Assembly (NCBI GenBank): GCA_010015585.1
Contig: ML975157.1
Length of the DNA stretch: 64,000 nucleotides
From: Eremomyces bilateralis CBS 781.70
Lineage: Eukaryota
Strand: one strand, 5' to 3'
Below the pieces are notes generated by a model. It had not been told where the DNA came from. It saw only the letters and a list, made by a program, of their open reading frames with translations, and made no database searches. The translations under genes and the position numbers were made by a program. This document shows, piece by piece, positions 34,527 to 46,747 of this stretch. Position 1 is the first letter of the stretch, and each line of letters opens with the position of its first letter.

Positions 34527-37500
34527 TTACACGACTCTGATAAAGTTCCACCGTCCATCACCCGGTGGCTCTTGAACCCGCTCCAGTTCCGGCTTGAACA
34601 CCTCATATATATGACTGTTCTCCGATCTCTGCCCCAATTGTATCATGGCTAGCCACACAGCATCGGCATTCCGTTGCTCGAAAACACTTCGAATATCTAG
34701 GTCCATCAATTGGTGCGAGAAGAGTGCTAGGGCCTCATCAAAGATATCGTCGTTGACCCGAACATTCTCAATAATGCTCAATATGAGCTTCGAAGCGCTA
34801 TCCTTGAATGACTTCATCGACTGGTCAACATATGGTTCGGGGGCTGACAAATCCGATGTACCCCTCGGCAGTGCCGCAAGGCTTTTGTCGTCTCTTCCAC
34901 TTCTGTCTGTACCTTTCCCAACTCCAGAGTTGGCTCCCACGACGGCTCCTTGCGTCTTGGTCCTGAGGACTCCAATAATCCGATGCCACTCGTCCTGTAT
35001 CCGCGACTTCACAAACTTCCCGGCATACTCGCACATCGTCCGCACGACATCAAGCGCCGCGGCGGCAACATATGGTTCTTGATCGCCGATGCGCACGACC
35101 ACAACCGGCCAGAGCGTGTTGATCAGAGGCAGGAGAGTATCCTCGTGCTTTGAGATTGCAGGCAATGTGATGGTGAGGAGTGACAGGATCGATCGTCGGA
35201 AGGGCGCGGACTGGTATGGGAGATAGTGTTGCGTCAGCTCTGATATGTTGAATAGTAGGCGGTAGGTCTTGGTCTCTGAAATTGATTTCCCGGCGTCGTC
35301 TTCTGTCCCGAGGGAAGTTGGATCGTTCTCGTCATCGCTGTGGTCTATATTGGAGGCTGAAAGATCCTTTCCCTTCGTCTCGACTATAGCATCCTCTTCT
35401 TCTGATGCCAGCCTGGCCGCCTTCTTAATACTCAGCAGCACATCTTCAAACGTGCAATCATCGATCGGATGACCACGGTGATCCTCCCCGCCTGCGGTAA
35501 TCTCCAGCTGCGGTGCCTTGACCCCTTCATCAGCAATGACCTTGATTACCGCGAACAGCAACTCCACGACGTCCGGAAAGCCATGGAAAGACTCCAGCGC
35601 TGCAAATATCGTGTCGACGACATCGTCGATAAACGGAAGTATCGACGGCCCGCACAGTCGCACCATCATCAGAAGCACCATCGGCGCGCCTGCCGAGGTC
35701 TCGAACGCGTTCAGTTTGAGGCCGACCGCGTTGACTAGATAGTCCGCGTTGGAGACGATCAGCTCGCGGACGTCGGTGTAGTTGCATGCCTCGGCGATGA
35801 TGTTGAGGCATGCTGCGGCGTGGTCTCGGAGCCCTTTGACCGGTGATCCGATCAATTGAAGCACGGGGAACAGCGCATCCACCAGGTCGAGGGAGAAGTC
35901 CTCGCCTGCCTGGTGGGCCTGTTCGGCGATACACTCAAGCGCGAGCGCCTGGAGCTGCCAGGGGGAGGAATTTGCATCGGATTCCTCCAGGATAGCTAGA
36001 GACAAAGCGTATAACTGCTCTAATGACTCGAAAGGAGAAGACTCAGATTCAATATTCAGGAACTGGGTTGTATCGGATTCGATTGCCGCACGCAGAATAT
36101 TGAGTGAGAGCCAGAACGAAGCCATCTGCTCCTCCCCAGATCCATACTCAACTGAAGCTAGAAGACCGTCCAAGTTGTTTTGCAGTAGTTCTGATGAAGG
36201 GAAACCGCTGACGAAGCTTGATATCGTCGTGAGGGCATCTTGATCGTTTGAGGAGTCTCTGAATACAGGGCTAAACACTGTCGAGCCCCGAATATGACTG
36301 GTTGGGATGCTGTCTAATGCAGCATGACCAAAGACTCCTTCTGAAATTGATGCCTTTGGCAGCGCCTTCGGAATTGATAGTAAAGTGCTCTCGAGGAGGT
36401 TGGTAATGAGTGACTGCTGCAGAATGCTTATTCCAGAGTCTGAATCAGAAAAGAGACCGATAGTGAGCTTAATAGCTTCAAGAGAGCGTAGCCGTGATAC
36501 TGGGTCTGATGTCTGTGAGAGCCTCGGAAGCGCGAGAACCCAATCGTGGGCGATCTCTTCCAAAAGTCCTGACAATTTGTCGTCGAGTAATAGGTTGCCC
36601 TTGAGTCGACTGACCAGCACGGTACTGTCATCGGTGTCGATGGATGCCAGGCAGGTCTCGAGCAGCAACCGCAACGAGTCTTGCAGTGCTGATCTGCAGT
36701 TTTCGATCAGGTCCGCACAGAGTTCTGCCACCGCGCTTCTGACCTCGCGACGCTCATGACTACGGAATTTTACAACGTTCCCGATGACAACCTTGATCTG
36801 CGATACGGCCTTGGTAGTCCATTCAGGGGACAGTTCTCGTTTGGTGTTTGGTGCCTTGGACGTTGTCATCTCCGTATGATTCGAGGCCGCTGCGAGCTCC
36901 ACAGTCTCTCCAAACATCCGGACAAGGACAAGACTAAGCAACTGGATTGACGCCACAATGACGGACGTAGTCCGCCGTCCGGTGGCCTTTGGGGCAAGTA
37001 CCTTGCTGAGTGTTGAGACTATACCAGGCAAGAACTTCGTGCCCAGGGTGACGCGATCCGGGTACATCTGAACGAAAGTATTGATAGCTGTCAAAGCTAA
37101 CCTCTGTATCTCAACCGACGGACCATCCTCAATCTGCTGGAGCACTTCAAATACCGCTTGCCCAACATGAGGAATATTCTTGGATTCCGCGATGCTTGAG
37201 CCAACCGGGCTGCTTCCCAGGGCCGAGAACGTGAGGTTGACGCATTTCAAGGTCTGACAGACCAGCTCCTCTGTGATTTTGTCGGCATTTTCCTTGTCCA
37301 TCAAAGGAGACAGACGATCAAGCAGCCGGATCGCCAGTACGGGGGGGATATTCACCCGCCATGCCGACTGGAGCAGCGCAAAGACGGATGCACATGCCAA
37401 CTCGAGGGCTCGACCCGAAACCTTGCGGAACTGGTCTAAAACATGGTCGATTGGAAAATAGACATAATCGGCAATCTTGTCGTCGACTGCCTGTGGGTCC

Positions 37501-37718
37501 TTGGAGATGATTTCTACAAGTTCGCGGTGTACTGCAGTTAAGGAAGAGACGACTGCATCCTGTATCGCTTTCGAGCTGGCAGAGGCACGTAACTCTAAGG
37601 CGGCCTGACTTAATGACACGCATGAGGGACGTAACTGATACACGGTTCCATCAGTGAAATAGTTTAAGGAACGGCGGAGGACACATACCCGCTGAAAGAC
37701 AGCTCTTGTGCGTTCCAT
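34527..37718 (-). CDS. TTI1: TEL2-interacting protein 1 (TTT complex, HEAT repeats)
   Basis: About 1045 aa helical protein with ADYVYFP, FLPGIVSTL, LIVSNADYLVN, LLPLINTLWP and NADAVW motifs; in-frame intron 37635-37688. Confidence 0.88.
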   Translation of the reverse strand: MERTRAVFQRVCVLRRSLNYFTDGTVYQLRPSCVSLSQAALELRASASSKAIQDAVVSSLTAVHRELVEIISKDPQAVDDKIADYVYFPIDHVLDQFRKVSGRALELACASVFALLQSAWRVNIPPVLAIRLLDRLSPLMDKENADKITEELVCQTLKCVNLTFSALGSSPVGSSIAESKNIPHVGQAVFEVLQQIEDGPSVEIQRLALTAINTFVQMYPDRVTLGTKFLPGIVSTLSKVLAPKATGRRTTSVIVASIQLLSLVLVRMFGETVELAAASNHTEMTTSKAPNTKRELSPEWTTKAVSQIKVVIGNVVKFRSHERREVRSAVAELCADLIENCRSALQDSLRLLLETCLASIDTDDSTVLVSRLKGNLLLDDKLSGLLEEIAHDWVLALPRLSQTSDPVSRLRSLEAIKLTIGLFSDSDSGISILQQSLITNLLESTLLSIPKALPKASISEGVFGHAALDSIPTSHIRGSTVFSPVFRDSSNDQDALTTISSFVSGFPSSELLQNNLDGLLASVEYGSGEEQMASFWLSLNILRAAIESDTTQFLNIESESSPFESLEQLYALSLAILEESDANSSPWQLQALALECIAEQAHQAGEDFSLDLVDALFPVLQLIGSPVKGLRDHAAACLNIIAEACNYTDVRELIVSNADYLVNAVGLKLNAFETSAGAPMVLLMMVRLCGPSILPFIDDVVDTIFAALESFHGFPDVVELLFAVIKVIADEGVKAPQLEITAGGEDHRGHPIDDCTFEDVLLSIKKAARLASEEEDAIVETKGKDLSASNIDHSDDENDPTSLGTEDDAGKSISETKTYRLLFNISELTQHYLPYQSAPFRRSILSLLTITLPAISKHEDTLLPLINTLWPVVVVRIGDQEPYVAAAALDVVRTMCEYAGKFVKSRIQDEWHRIIGVLRTKTQGAVVGANSGVGKGTDRSGRDDKSLAALPRGTSDLSAPEPYVDQSMKSFKDSASKLILSIIENVRVNDDIFDEALALFSHQLMDLDIRSVFEQRNADAVWLAMIQLGQRSENSHIYEVFKPELERVQEPPGDGRWNFIRVV

Positions 37719-38456
37719 ACTGTGGGATTTATTTATATATTCCCGGTCTCAGATCGAGTGGGCTCTTAAAGGGCATGTTGGAGGGTTCCTTGAAGCCATG
37801 TGGATTCCTCTTGGATGACAAGTAAGCTCCGTATATTTAAGCAATTCCTATGCCTAGAAAGTGGCCATGAACAGGATTAGAAATACCCGAATGCATGTTT
37901 AACGTGTCGGGGTGTTGGACTGGTCTTAGTGGTCTATTGATGGCTTGATGCCAAAATCCATACGTTATGGAGAAGGATGTCGGATTTGGAATAGCGTGAG
38001 TGTCCGTGAGAGCTTGTCGTGTCGTGAACCCTTGAATCTTAAGTGTCGATTATCGTGTTAATCAATCCCACGTCTGGCGACATCTTACTCTGTCCAGATA
38101 TCTTACTGGATCTCTTCGAAAGAGGGGTCGAAATTCATTTTTCATGCCCAGAATCCGGAGGTCTGTTCCGAACCTGACATCTCATCGCGACATATTCATA
38201 CGTCACTTGCCCTCTCCGAACCAATGCTTAACACGAGGTGATCTCATTGTCCTGTCGCGTTAACTGGCTCGGCGCACTCCACGGCTTTTCACGAGCAAAT
38301 CCACCTCCGACTCCCAGGACGCGTTGTACTTTGTGGGACGTGACAACTTACGACTTGAAACCGATTTCGGCCCATGCCATGCACTGATCTTTGGATTTCA
38401 CCTGCTCACTCGCTTTCGACCCCCCACATCAGGAATACATCAGACGATCGTTCGAG

Positions 38457-41400
38457 ATGGCTCGTGGGGACGCGCAAGGAAGCGACGCGCAAATGGATTC
38501 TCAGCAATGGGAGGGCCAGCGGGATCTACGTTTCAACGACGAGTTGTCATGGCGCGCCGGCCGAACAATTCCAGTTCGCGACCTCTTCACGCGCCTCAAA
38601 GCTCTCTCTGCGGAGCTCCGGGCGGTCGAACAACACGAGATCAACCGCGATTCTCTACTCCCGGTCGCGAAGTCGTTAGCGAGTACCAATCTGCTAAACC
38701 ACAAAGATCGCGGAATAAGAGCGTGGACGTTGTGCTGTGTGGTCGACATCTTGAGTCTATGTGCCCCTGATGCGCCGTATAGCGGAACCCAACTGAAGGT
38801 TCGACGGCTCGAACTATGCGGGAAGTTGACATGCTAAACAGTCGCAGACACTCTTCAATGCCATCATTTCGTCCATCCTCCCCGAACTCGCCAATCCAAG
38901 CAACTCCTATAACGAACAGCATGCATACGTCCTCAAATCCCTCGCCGAATACCAGACCATTGTCCTTCTTATCGATGCCGATCCTTCTAATAACCTTCTT
39001 GAAGCATGCTTCCGTGCCTGCTTCGATGTCTTGTCTGGGCCGTCGAAGTCCGATTCTGGAGAGGAGCTGTCCATCAACGTCCAGAATTATATGACTGATA
39101 TTCTCATTGCCTTGGTAAATGAGACGTCCGGGTCCCTCCCGACGGAAGTGGTGGAGATCATCCTCGCCCAATTTCTCCGAGCCGATCCATCCACGATATC
39201 TAACAATGCGCCTGCTAAAGGAAAGAAGGGCTCGGTAGTGGATACCACGCAGTCGACGTTACTGATCAAAGATGCGCCCGCAGCCTACAACATGGCCAAG
39301 AACCTCTGCAACAGTTGCGCTGGGCCCATGGCTCGGTGTGTTGGGACGTATTTCAGCACCATCATTGCCGATAACGCCTTGAGTTCGTTGCACCTAGGTT
39401 CCAATAGCGCGTCAAGATCCAAGTCCAGCAAAAGGGCGCCAGACTCGGACGACATAGACGGAGCAGGTGGCAAGCACGTTTCGGAGGAAGATCTTCAGGA
39501 GGTTCGCAAGGCCCATGGCCTAGCGCGCGAGCTATGGCGAGCCTGTCCAGATGCGCTCGTCGAAATCATTCCGCAACTTGATGCTGAGCTTCAGACGGAA
39601 GACATGCACCTCCGCCTTTATGCGACGGAGACGATAGGCGATATGGTGGCGGGCATCGGAGCCGCTGGGCCACCGACGATATCGCTCCTAAACCCTCAAG
39701 CCTATCCCTCACAGAGCCTTGCCAGCGCTGCGGATGGCCCAGAGGAGTACAACTTCCTTACCACCCCGACGTCACCGCAGTCTTTTATGTCCCATCACTA
39801 TCAAGCATTTCAAAATTTCCTCGGCCGAAGGAATGACAAAATACCTTCGATTCGCGCTGCAGCTATCACGGGTATTGGACGGATTCTGCTCACTTCAGCG
39901 GGCGGCGTTGGCCTTGCTCCAGATGATGAGCGGCAGTTGCTCAAGTGCTTTTCCGATATGCTCGTTGATGGAGACGATAAGGTTCGCCTCAGCGCGATTC
40001 GGGCAATTGAGACGTTCGATTTCAAGACCATCGTGCAGAGGCTGGGCAATAGCGGCCCGGTTGATGAGCCTGGGTCGATCCTCAACCGTTTGGCTGATCG
40101 ACTGAAGGACAAGAAACCCAATGTTCGATCCGAAGCTATGGTTCTGGTTGCAAAGATCTGGGGTGTCGCCGAGGGCGCAATTGCAGAGGGGAGCGAGCGA
40201 ATGGCCAAGCTCTTCGGATTGATGCCGTCCAAACTCTTCGAGACCTACTACATCAATGACCCTGATATCATAGCCAATGTCGATCGGTTGACGTATAACT
40301 ATTTACTACCGCTGGGATATCCTTCGATCAAGTCCAAAAGTTCAGCCGCACAAAACGGCAAATCAAAGGCGAAGAACGACCAAGCGAACGGATCGACAGA
40401 GGAGAGCCCCGACCAAATACGTACCGAGCGCTTCTTAGTACTGGTCAAAGGCCTGGAATCCAGAGCAAAGAGTGTGCTTCTGAAAAAACTAGCGTCACAG
40501 GGGAGCGCGGCCAAATACATGAATGCCTTTATCCAGCGATGCGAGCAGTACAACGGTGGTGTGACTGACGGAGACGATACCGCGATCAAGACCCAGTTGC
40601 AAATGATCATTCAGTTCTACGCGAAGACACTCCCGGAACCGTCCCGAGTCACAGACGACCTGTGGAAATTCGCCGAGATCCATGATCGGCGGTGTTACGC
40701 GCTAATCAAATTCTGCATGGATCCGGAAAGCGACTACTTGAAGGTGTCTCGGTCCATTCGTGAGATCACGAAACGAATCACCGAAGCGGCTGGTCCGAAT
40801 TCCTCTCTTCTCGATGTCCTTACCATCCTTCTCTATCGGGTCAGCGTGCTTGTCTACAACAAGAGCCACGTCCCTTCGATTATCGACTACTCCCGGAGCA
40901 ACGGCAAAGGTCTTGGACAAACCGCTCACGACATCCTCAAAGAGATATCGTCCCACACTCCCAGTATCTTCAAGGCACATGTGAAGGAGCTGTGCCAAGC
41001 CCTTGAAAGCGACGTTCCTTCGACCGATTCACCGGTGAAGCCGGGAGCCGTCGACAATCTCAAAGCCTGTTCTGGATTTGCACGGCATTTCGCAGACGAG
41101 GTCCCAAAGGACCGGAAATTTATGCAATGTCTCCTTGCCTATGCGACGTATGGCACGCCGCCAAAAGCGGCGAAGCACGCTGTCACGATCATTCTCACGA
41201 CCACGGATAAGAAGGAGCTGCTAGCCAGGGATATCTTCCAGAAGTGCACGTCAGGTTTCCAATATGGCTCGAAGCATTCTCTGTCGCGACTCGCAGCATT
41301 AAGCCAACTGATGCTTCTTGCTTCCGATAAATTGGACTCCAGTGAGGTCGACCAGATAATCAGTATCGCGATCAAAGACGTGTTGCAAAACCCAGAATCG

Positions 41401-42877
41401 GCCGAGGCGGCCGACGCAGATCCTGGTCCAGATCCAGATTGGCGAGACGTACCCGACGAAGCGTGCGAGGCAAAGATGTGGGCGTTGAAGATCCTCGTCA
41501 ATCAGTTGCAATCGTGTGAAGATGAGAAAACCATCAAGGACATTGCTGACCGCGGATTCAAAGTCCTGCATACCCTCATATCTCAGGGCCACCTCCCCAA
41601 GACAGGACCGTCGCCAAAGGCGCACCAATCGAGAATGCGACTTTTAGCCGCTCAACTCCTGTTGAAACTCACCACGGACCGACGGTTTGATGCTTACCAA
41701 GGGCTGCGCGAGTTTAACCGACTGGCTCTCGTGATTCAAGACCCTCTTCCGCAGGTGCGCAGCGGCTTCGCCAACAAGTTGATGCAATATTTGGGCCAAA
41801 CGAAACTTCCCCAGCGCTACTACACCTATACCTTCTTGCTCGCATATGAACCCGATAGAGAGATCAAGGACACCGCGACAACATGGATCCGGTCTCGTGC
41901 CGCTGCTTTTGCCAAAGCCAAAGACACGTCGATGGAGGGCACCATTGCACGAATAATCAGTCTCCTTGCGCACCACCCCGATTTCGAACCGAGCATCGAA
42001 ACACTTCGTGACTTCGTCAAATACATCCTGTTCTACCTGGAATGCGTTGCGAACGAGGACAATCTCTCCCTGATATACGCCATCGCCCAGCGTATCAAGA
42101 CCGTTCGCGACGCGATCAATCCGAAGAGCGAGAACATCTATCAGCTGTCCGACCTCGCGCAATCCGTGATCCGCCGATTCGAAGACATCAAGGGTTGGTC
42201 GATCCAAGCGTTACCAGTGAAGCCCAGCTTGCCGGCCGCCTTGTTCGCGGTTCTCCCGAGTCACCAAGTCGCGCAGGACATTGCCAACAAGCAGTACATC
42301 CCCGAAGAACTCGACGAGGAAATGGAGGACGTGGTCCGGGCCGGTCTCCGCCCGAAGAAGGTAACTCCGCACATCCCCGCTCCAGCGACTCGACTGACCT
42401 GTACAGCGCAAACACGACCGAACGGCTCAACCACCGGCCAAGCGGTCACGGGCGAGCCAGACCGCCGCCGGCGCGCCACGGGCGAAATCCGCAAAGAAAT
42501 CAGTCAAGTCGCGTCACGTTCGAAGCAGTCCGGCGTTAAAATCTGATGATTTGGAAGGGGCGGAGCGGCGGCGGAGCGGCCGTCACACGGGCACGAAGAA
42601 CTACGCTGAGTCATCTGGTGACGAGGATGGAGAGGGGAAGGGTGTAGGACCAGGGGAGGATGTTGCCATGGAGGATGAAGAGGATGAAGATGATGGAGAT
42701 GATGTTCATGAGGGAGAGGCGGAGGACCAGGATAACCAGGCTGATTCTCAGGAGAGTGAGGAGGAGGTCGTAGATGAGGATGTGGTCGAGGAGGAGGAGG
42801 TGGTCGCAGCCGAGAAAGTGGAAGAAGTTTCACCCGCAAATGTGAGGCGCTCAGCAAGGGCAGCGAGGCGAAGATAG
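38457..42877 (+). CDS. PDS5: Sister chromatid cohesion protein Pds5 (BimD/Spo76), 3 exons
   Basis: LRFNDELSWRAG, LCAPDAPY, IILAQFLRADP, LADRLKDKK and LLAHHPDF motifs; introns 38799-38847 and 42361-42406; acidic C-terminal tail. Confidence 0.95.
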
Positions 42878-43528
42878 AAGGACAGAGTCAAGTGAACAGG
42901 ATGATTCTAGAGCGTGTTTCATGTGATACAGTGTAGGAGCGTTCGAGCAACTGCAACGGAGTGAGGCATGGCGTTGAATGGGGGATTTGGGCCTTTCGTC
43001 CTCATTCGATCTTTATGTACTCGGACTATACGATGGTCTTTGTCCAATACGGGTTTCGTCAATATCTCTAGTTGGGTATCTGCATCTCGTTTGTGTGCCT
43101 GACGAGCGAGTCTTACATGTAACTGTCATGGAATGTGTACTTGTAGCTGCCAGGGGATATATAAGACCTGGCCCTTTATCAGCGGCATACGTTGGTCTGG
43201 TACGATTCACGAGATCAATGCTCGGATGCAGTATTCACTGGAGACCTAATTCCATGCCCTGATTATATTCCCTGACTCTATTCAGTATTGCCCGATTCCC
43301 ATAACATGAATGATCTTCGTGGCTAATTCAGTGCATTTGGTCCTCTGTTCTGATTTCTGACTAAGCATCAGCAGCTTTACGATCCCAAATCCCGTATCTG
43401 ACATACAACAGCTGAAGTTCCTCCGAGCACCACCTTAAACCACATTCATTCATTCTTGCGACCCTCCAACCGCGCGAACCATGCGTCTCCCCCCCGGCCC
43501 ATCTCTATGAACCCGGATTTCCCTCGCG

Positions 43529-44749
43529 ATGAGCGGCCCGGTCCCCCAAATCCCCGGGATCAAATGCGAGCCCGCGCTCGCCGAGGAGTTCCGCAAGGAG
43601 GTCGCGGAGCTGCTGCATCGACGACAGAGCTCGTTCCCCGGTGCGCAGCCCGTGAGTTTCGCGCGGCATCACCTCGACGAGCTGCAGAAGCGAGAGTAGG
43701 TAGGCGCGTGAATCGCGCGCGAGATCGCTCCTGGGATGTGCGGTGGCTGATCGCGCAATAGCTATTACCTGTGTGAGAAAACCGATGGCATTCGTTGCCT
43801 ACTGTATTGCACTGAGGACGAACGAGGGAACGAGATCCATTATCTGATCGATCGGAAAAACGACTACTATTTCCTACAAACCCTGCACTTCCCACACCAG
43901 GACGATCCGGAATTCCGGGAGTTTCACCGAGGGACTTTGATTGACGGCGAGCTGGTGAACGATACGCTCGAGAATGGACGGAAGCAGCTCCGGTACCTTG
44001 TTTTCGACTGCATCGTGCTAGATGGCGAGCTGCTGTTGCAAAAGCCGCTGGACAAACGGATCGGCCGATTTGGCGAGTTCGTCTTCAAACCGTACCAGAA
44101 ATTCCTCAAACGCTACACCGACGCCCTGGGGACCATGCCGTTCGAAGTCAAGTTCAAGACGATGGAGAAACCGTACGGCATCGAGATGATGTTTCGCGAT
44201 AAGCTACCGAACCTCCCGCACGGAAACGATGGCCTGGTGTTCACCTGCAAAGAGACTCCGTACGTGATGGGCACGGACGACCACATCCTGAAATGGAAAC
44301 CCGCACACGAGAACTCGATCGATTTCCGGTTACGGCTCGGCGAGTTCCCACTGATGAGCTCCAGCGACCCGAGGGAGGGACGGATCCCCGACTACGATGC
44401 AAAGCCTACATTTGAGCTATATGTGTACCATGGCGGGAAGGACTACCAGAGCTACGCACCTCTGTTCGTGACGGACGACGATTGGGAGAGCATGAAGCGA
44501 ATCGACGAGCCGATCGACGGCCGGATCATCGAGTGCTACAAAGCCGAGCAGGGTCGGTGGCGATTCAAGCGCGAGTCGGACGGATCGCCGCGATTCCGCG
44601 ACGACAAGTCGGACGCGAACCATATCTCCACCGTGCACAAGGTGATGCAGAGCATCGACGACGCGGTCTCGGAGCAGGACTTGCTGCAGGTCGCAGGGGC
44701 GGTGTACAAGGCGTGGAAACAGCGGCATCCGGAAGAGCTACGGCGGTAG
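43529..44749 (+). CDS. CEG1: mRNA guanylyltransferase (capping enzyme alpha subunit), 2 exons
   Basis: SFPGAQPVSF, active-site CEKTDGIR, LIDGEL, HGNDGLVF, LKWKP and RFRDDK motifs; intron 43696-43761. Confidence 0.96.
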
Positions 44750-44959
44750 CACTGCGATAAACGGGGTGATTTATTGGTAGGAATGGTTCCTGGGAGTTTG
44801 GTCACGGCGTAGCGATGGAAACGCGCTGGTTTGAATCGATACCCCGGGATAGTATCATGTCATGATCCAGCTATTGGTATCGTAAAAGTAGGGTTGGCTA
44901 GGGAGCTGGGATATAAGAATCTAATTTACAGGTGCTGCGATTGAGCGGCGCTTCCCATA

Positions 44960-46317
44960 TTACGCGGGAGCCGTTAATTGCTGCTGCTGTGCTTGGAAAA
45001 ATCGCTTTTGCTCCAGACATCGCTCGCTCGTGCATGCGGGGCACCGCAGGAGCATCTGCGGCGAGCAACTTAGCCCGCTTTTCAAGTGATCAAGCGCGAT
45101 TTCCGCCAGAGCTCGAATGAAGACCGGACTCCCGTTCAAGCTCTCCACCCGCTTCACGCCCTTCGCGCCCTCGTGTTCGGCTTCCGCGATGACCTCCTTG
45201 TCCAGCTCGAACAACGTCTCGATATGATCCGACGTGAATGCGATCGGGATGAGCACGAGATCCGTCTGCCCCTTTTTCACGTACTCAGACACCGTCATGC
45301 TCGTCTGCGGACCCAGCCACGCGGATGGGCCGACTTGCGACTGCCAGGCTAGTCGGTACGGATTCTTGAACCCGAGCCGCTGCATCACCGCGTACACGGT
45401 CGCCCCCACTTCGGCCGGGTAGGTGTCGCCACGGTTGACGACGCTCATCGGTAGACTGTGCGCGGAGAATACCAGGACCGCCTTATCCCTTCGGTCCTCG
45501 GGGTACGTCCGCAGCGTCGCTTCGATATTCTGTGCGAAGGCCTCGACGAGCCCGGGGTGGACCGGCCATCGGTCGATCGCACTCCACGTTATTGATCCGC
45601 CCCCCGGTGACATATCGTCCGATTTCTTCCCCTCGAGCCGGTGTCTCCATTTCCAGAGCTCGTTCAACGAGCTGCCCGTGGTGGAGCAGGAGTACTGGGG
45701 GTATTGTGTAAACGCCACGGCGCGGCCGCCCTTGCCGTTGCCGAAGCCGTCGGCTAGCAGTTTGGCATACATATCTTCCGTGAGCGGGTCCGCGTATCGA
45801 AAGGCGACATACGGCTTATGCGGTGCGGTTTCAGGAGACATCCGGTCGAGGAGCTTGCACATCTCCGCGGCCTGGTATTCGGACCATTTTCGAATCGGTG
45901 AGCCGCCCCCGATATCTGCGTATTGCTTCTTGATCTTCGGGGTTCTTCTTCGGGATATTAATGGACCTAGGTAGCCTTGTAACCGGCCCAGTGGGATTAA
46001 ATCGCCATCGGCCTGTGCAATATCGGTCAGTTGGTAGTCCTTGGTCCGAGAGAGGGAAGGCGTACGAATAATCGGCTTAAGAAGTCGCCCACTTCCCCTG
46101 TCGTGGAGGGACCGCCCATGTTCAGAAAGACCATAGCCGTCGGCCCTTTCGACCCCGACTTATCCTGCGTCACAGGCGGTACCACAGCAGCATAATGCCG
46201 CGATGGTATCCATCGTGACAATGATAGTCCCGCGCTGACTTTCGATGACTTGTGATTGGCCGCTCGAGCAGCAGCTCGCGGAAGGGAATTGAGGGCGGGC
46301 GGAAGTCGACAGGACAT
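44960..46317 (-). CDS. HEM15: Mitochondrial ferrochelatase, 2 exons
   Basis: Basic presequence; LNMGGP, GGGSPI, AFRYADP, FSAHSLP and FTSDHIETL motifs; C-terminal Cys cluster of the Fe-S type. Confidence 0.97.
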
Positions 46318-46494
46318 GATGGATTATAAGTGATATATGTTCCAGACGCTATAACAATTCCATTGTTTCCAGAACTGGCAATGAAGGGAAGAAGTGTTCA
46401 GTTGTAGACTTTGTAAAGATTCGTCCTCGGAGGCGGAGTGTAGGCGAGTCCGGCGTCATCGGCCATCTCGGGCATTTCGCTCATCCAAACTTTA

Positions 46495-46581
46495 GAGCAC
46501 GTGAACTACTGAACTTACCAATTTCTAAAGGGAGCACGTGATAGCGCGTCATCATCGCCCAGGGGCCAGGCAGCCACGCGT
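46495..46581. promoter_or_regulatory. Two GAGCACGTGA E-boxes and an ACGCGT (MCB-like) site in the HEM15/KU70 divergent promoter
   Basis: GAGCACGTGA at 46495-46504 and 46532-46541; ACGCGT at 46576-46581. Confidence 0.5.
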
Positions 46582-46747
46582 GTCGATCGCGCTCTAGGAC
46601 ATATCACATCGCATATCAGACATCGGACATGGAACGAGGTCGTCGTCAAAAACATACCACCGTCCTTGAAAATAACACAGGGAAGATTTACACCACTCGT
46701 TTAGATTCGTTCGGATTGGACACCCGTCTAGAAGTTCAGTCAATAAA

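Noticed and set aside
43481..43510. ATG 43481 as the CEG1 start codon
   Set aside because: It is out of frame and stops after 9 codons; ATG 43529 is in frame with SFPGAQPVSF. It could be a uORF, but the TSS is unknown.
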